The notes beneath the pieces are model-generated. The model was given only the letters and a program-made list of their open reading frames with translations. It was not told the origin of the DNA and ran no database searches. This document shows positions 25,305 through 25,882 of a DNA stretch of 25,882 nt, in pieces. Origin of the DNA: a virus (Duplodnaviria > Caudoviricetes); IMG/VR virus record IMGVR_UViG_3300043205_000021, positions 1-25,882 of that record; one strand, 5' to 3'. Within the stretch, counting starts at the first letter, position 1, and every line of letters starts with the position of its first letter. The position numbers and the translations under genes are program-made.

Positions 25305-25458
25305 TGTCTCGCTCCAGGTTTGCACTTTTTTTGCACTCGGATAGTGCAAATAAGCGAAGGTGCGTCTGGAGCCAGTATATCAAAGAAGTGCCCGTTTTAT
25401 ATGGGTTTTTGCGTGCACAGCGGAGTACGTTGTTGCACAGTGTACGCCCGGTGTTCTA

Positions 25459-25504
25459 ACTTCGAATCTGGGGGTCGGGGGTTCGAATCCCTCCGAGCGC
25501 GCCA
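25459..25504 (+). other. att site: 3' half of tRNA-Arg (anticodon loop to CCA)
   Basis: ACTTCGAATCTGGGGGTCGGGGGTTCGAATCCCTCCGAGCGCGCCA; no D arm or 5' acceptor strand upstream. Confidence 0.88.
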
Positions 25505-25787
25505 GTTGAGTCAGGCATTTCTCGCATATTCGTGGGCGCCAATCTTCCCAGAAACTGCTTCTGGAAACCGTGATGATTGCAAGCCGCACAGATAGTGAGC
25601 CGGCATTCAGCCTGCCGCGCGCCGCGGACATCAGTTTTTATAGGCTTCGGCGGCCTTTTAATTTTTGTCGCGGTGTTGCTAATATGGAATTGAGCTTGGC
25701 CGCCGACCGTTTGCCAGACGGCCCCTATGATCTCCAATGCGGGCGGCGAGGTTTACCCCGGGATGCCGCCTCAATCGCGGAGTCCCA

Positions 25788-25882
25788 ATGAAAACCTTTC
25801 TGCTAGCCGGTGCATCAATATTTGCTGCCAGCGTGTCGCCTTATTGTGCTTATGCGCAGATGGCGCCGCCTTCGCCGCCAGT
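25788..25882 (+). CDS. Probable host secreted/outer-membrane protein, 5' end only
   Basis: GGAG Shine-Dalgarno; MKTFLLAGASIFAASVSPYCAYA-Q signal peptide pattern. Confidence 0.6.
   Translation, partial: MKTFLLAGASIFAASVSPYCAYAQMAPPSPP

Larger units (their letters stand above)
1..25504 (-). mobile_element. Integrated prophage (left end outside window) with a relaxase/coupling-protein module, bounded by a tRNA-Arg att site
   Basis: TerS-TerL-portal-scaffold-capsid cluster, and an integrase lying next to a 3' tRNA fragment at 25459-25504. Confidence 0.92.

Noticed and set aside
25430-25504. Intact tRNA-Arg gene
   Set aside because: No 5' acceptor strand or D arm, and TCTAA cannot pair with TCTGG; only the 3' att fragment is present
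1-25882. CRISPR array, diversity-generating retroelement, retron or IS element
   Set aside because: No regularly spaced repeats, reverse transcriptase or transposase seen by eye

Overview
The window is the right-hand ~25.5 kb of an integrated tailed prophage, almost all on the minus strand. It ends at a 3' tRNA-Arg fragment (att site, 25459-25504), followed by ~380 bp of probable host flank; an alphaproteobacterial host is inferred from the tRNA and integrase style and is not proven. From right to left the element encodes a tyrosine integrase and an AlpA/Xis-like protein, then a degenerate and an intact VirD4/TraD-like coupling ATPase and a Replic_Relax (MOBC-like, PD-(D/E)xK) relaxase. Next come a small + strand unit ending in a tRNA-like cloverleaf with a non-canonical anticodon loop, a stand-alone primase-type zinc-finger protein, small early genes (a frameshifted YopX, a VRR-NUC), a near-perfect chromosomal-type parS and a membrane-anchored HEPN-motif gene. 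The virion module follows: TerS, TerL, portal, scaffold, SU10/DUF5309-like capsid, three glycosyltransferase genes, a head-tail adaptor and Ser/Thr-rich structural proteins. The best candidate for a novel system is a virion-encoding phage whose early region is a mobilisation module (coupling protein + relaxase + candidate oriT + long + strand hairpins + parS). No CI repressor, polymerase, helicase or mating-pair genes are recognisable in the window. All family calls come from motif recognition by eye; no searches were run.
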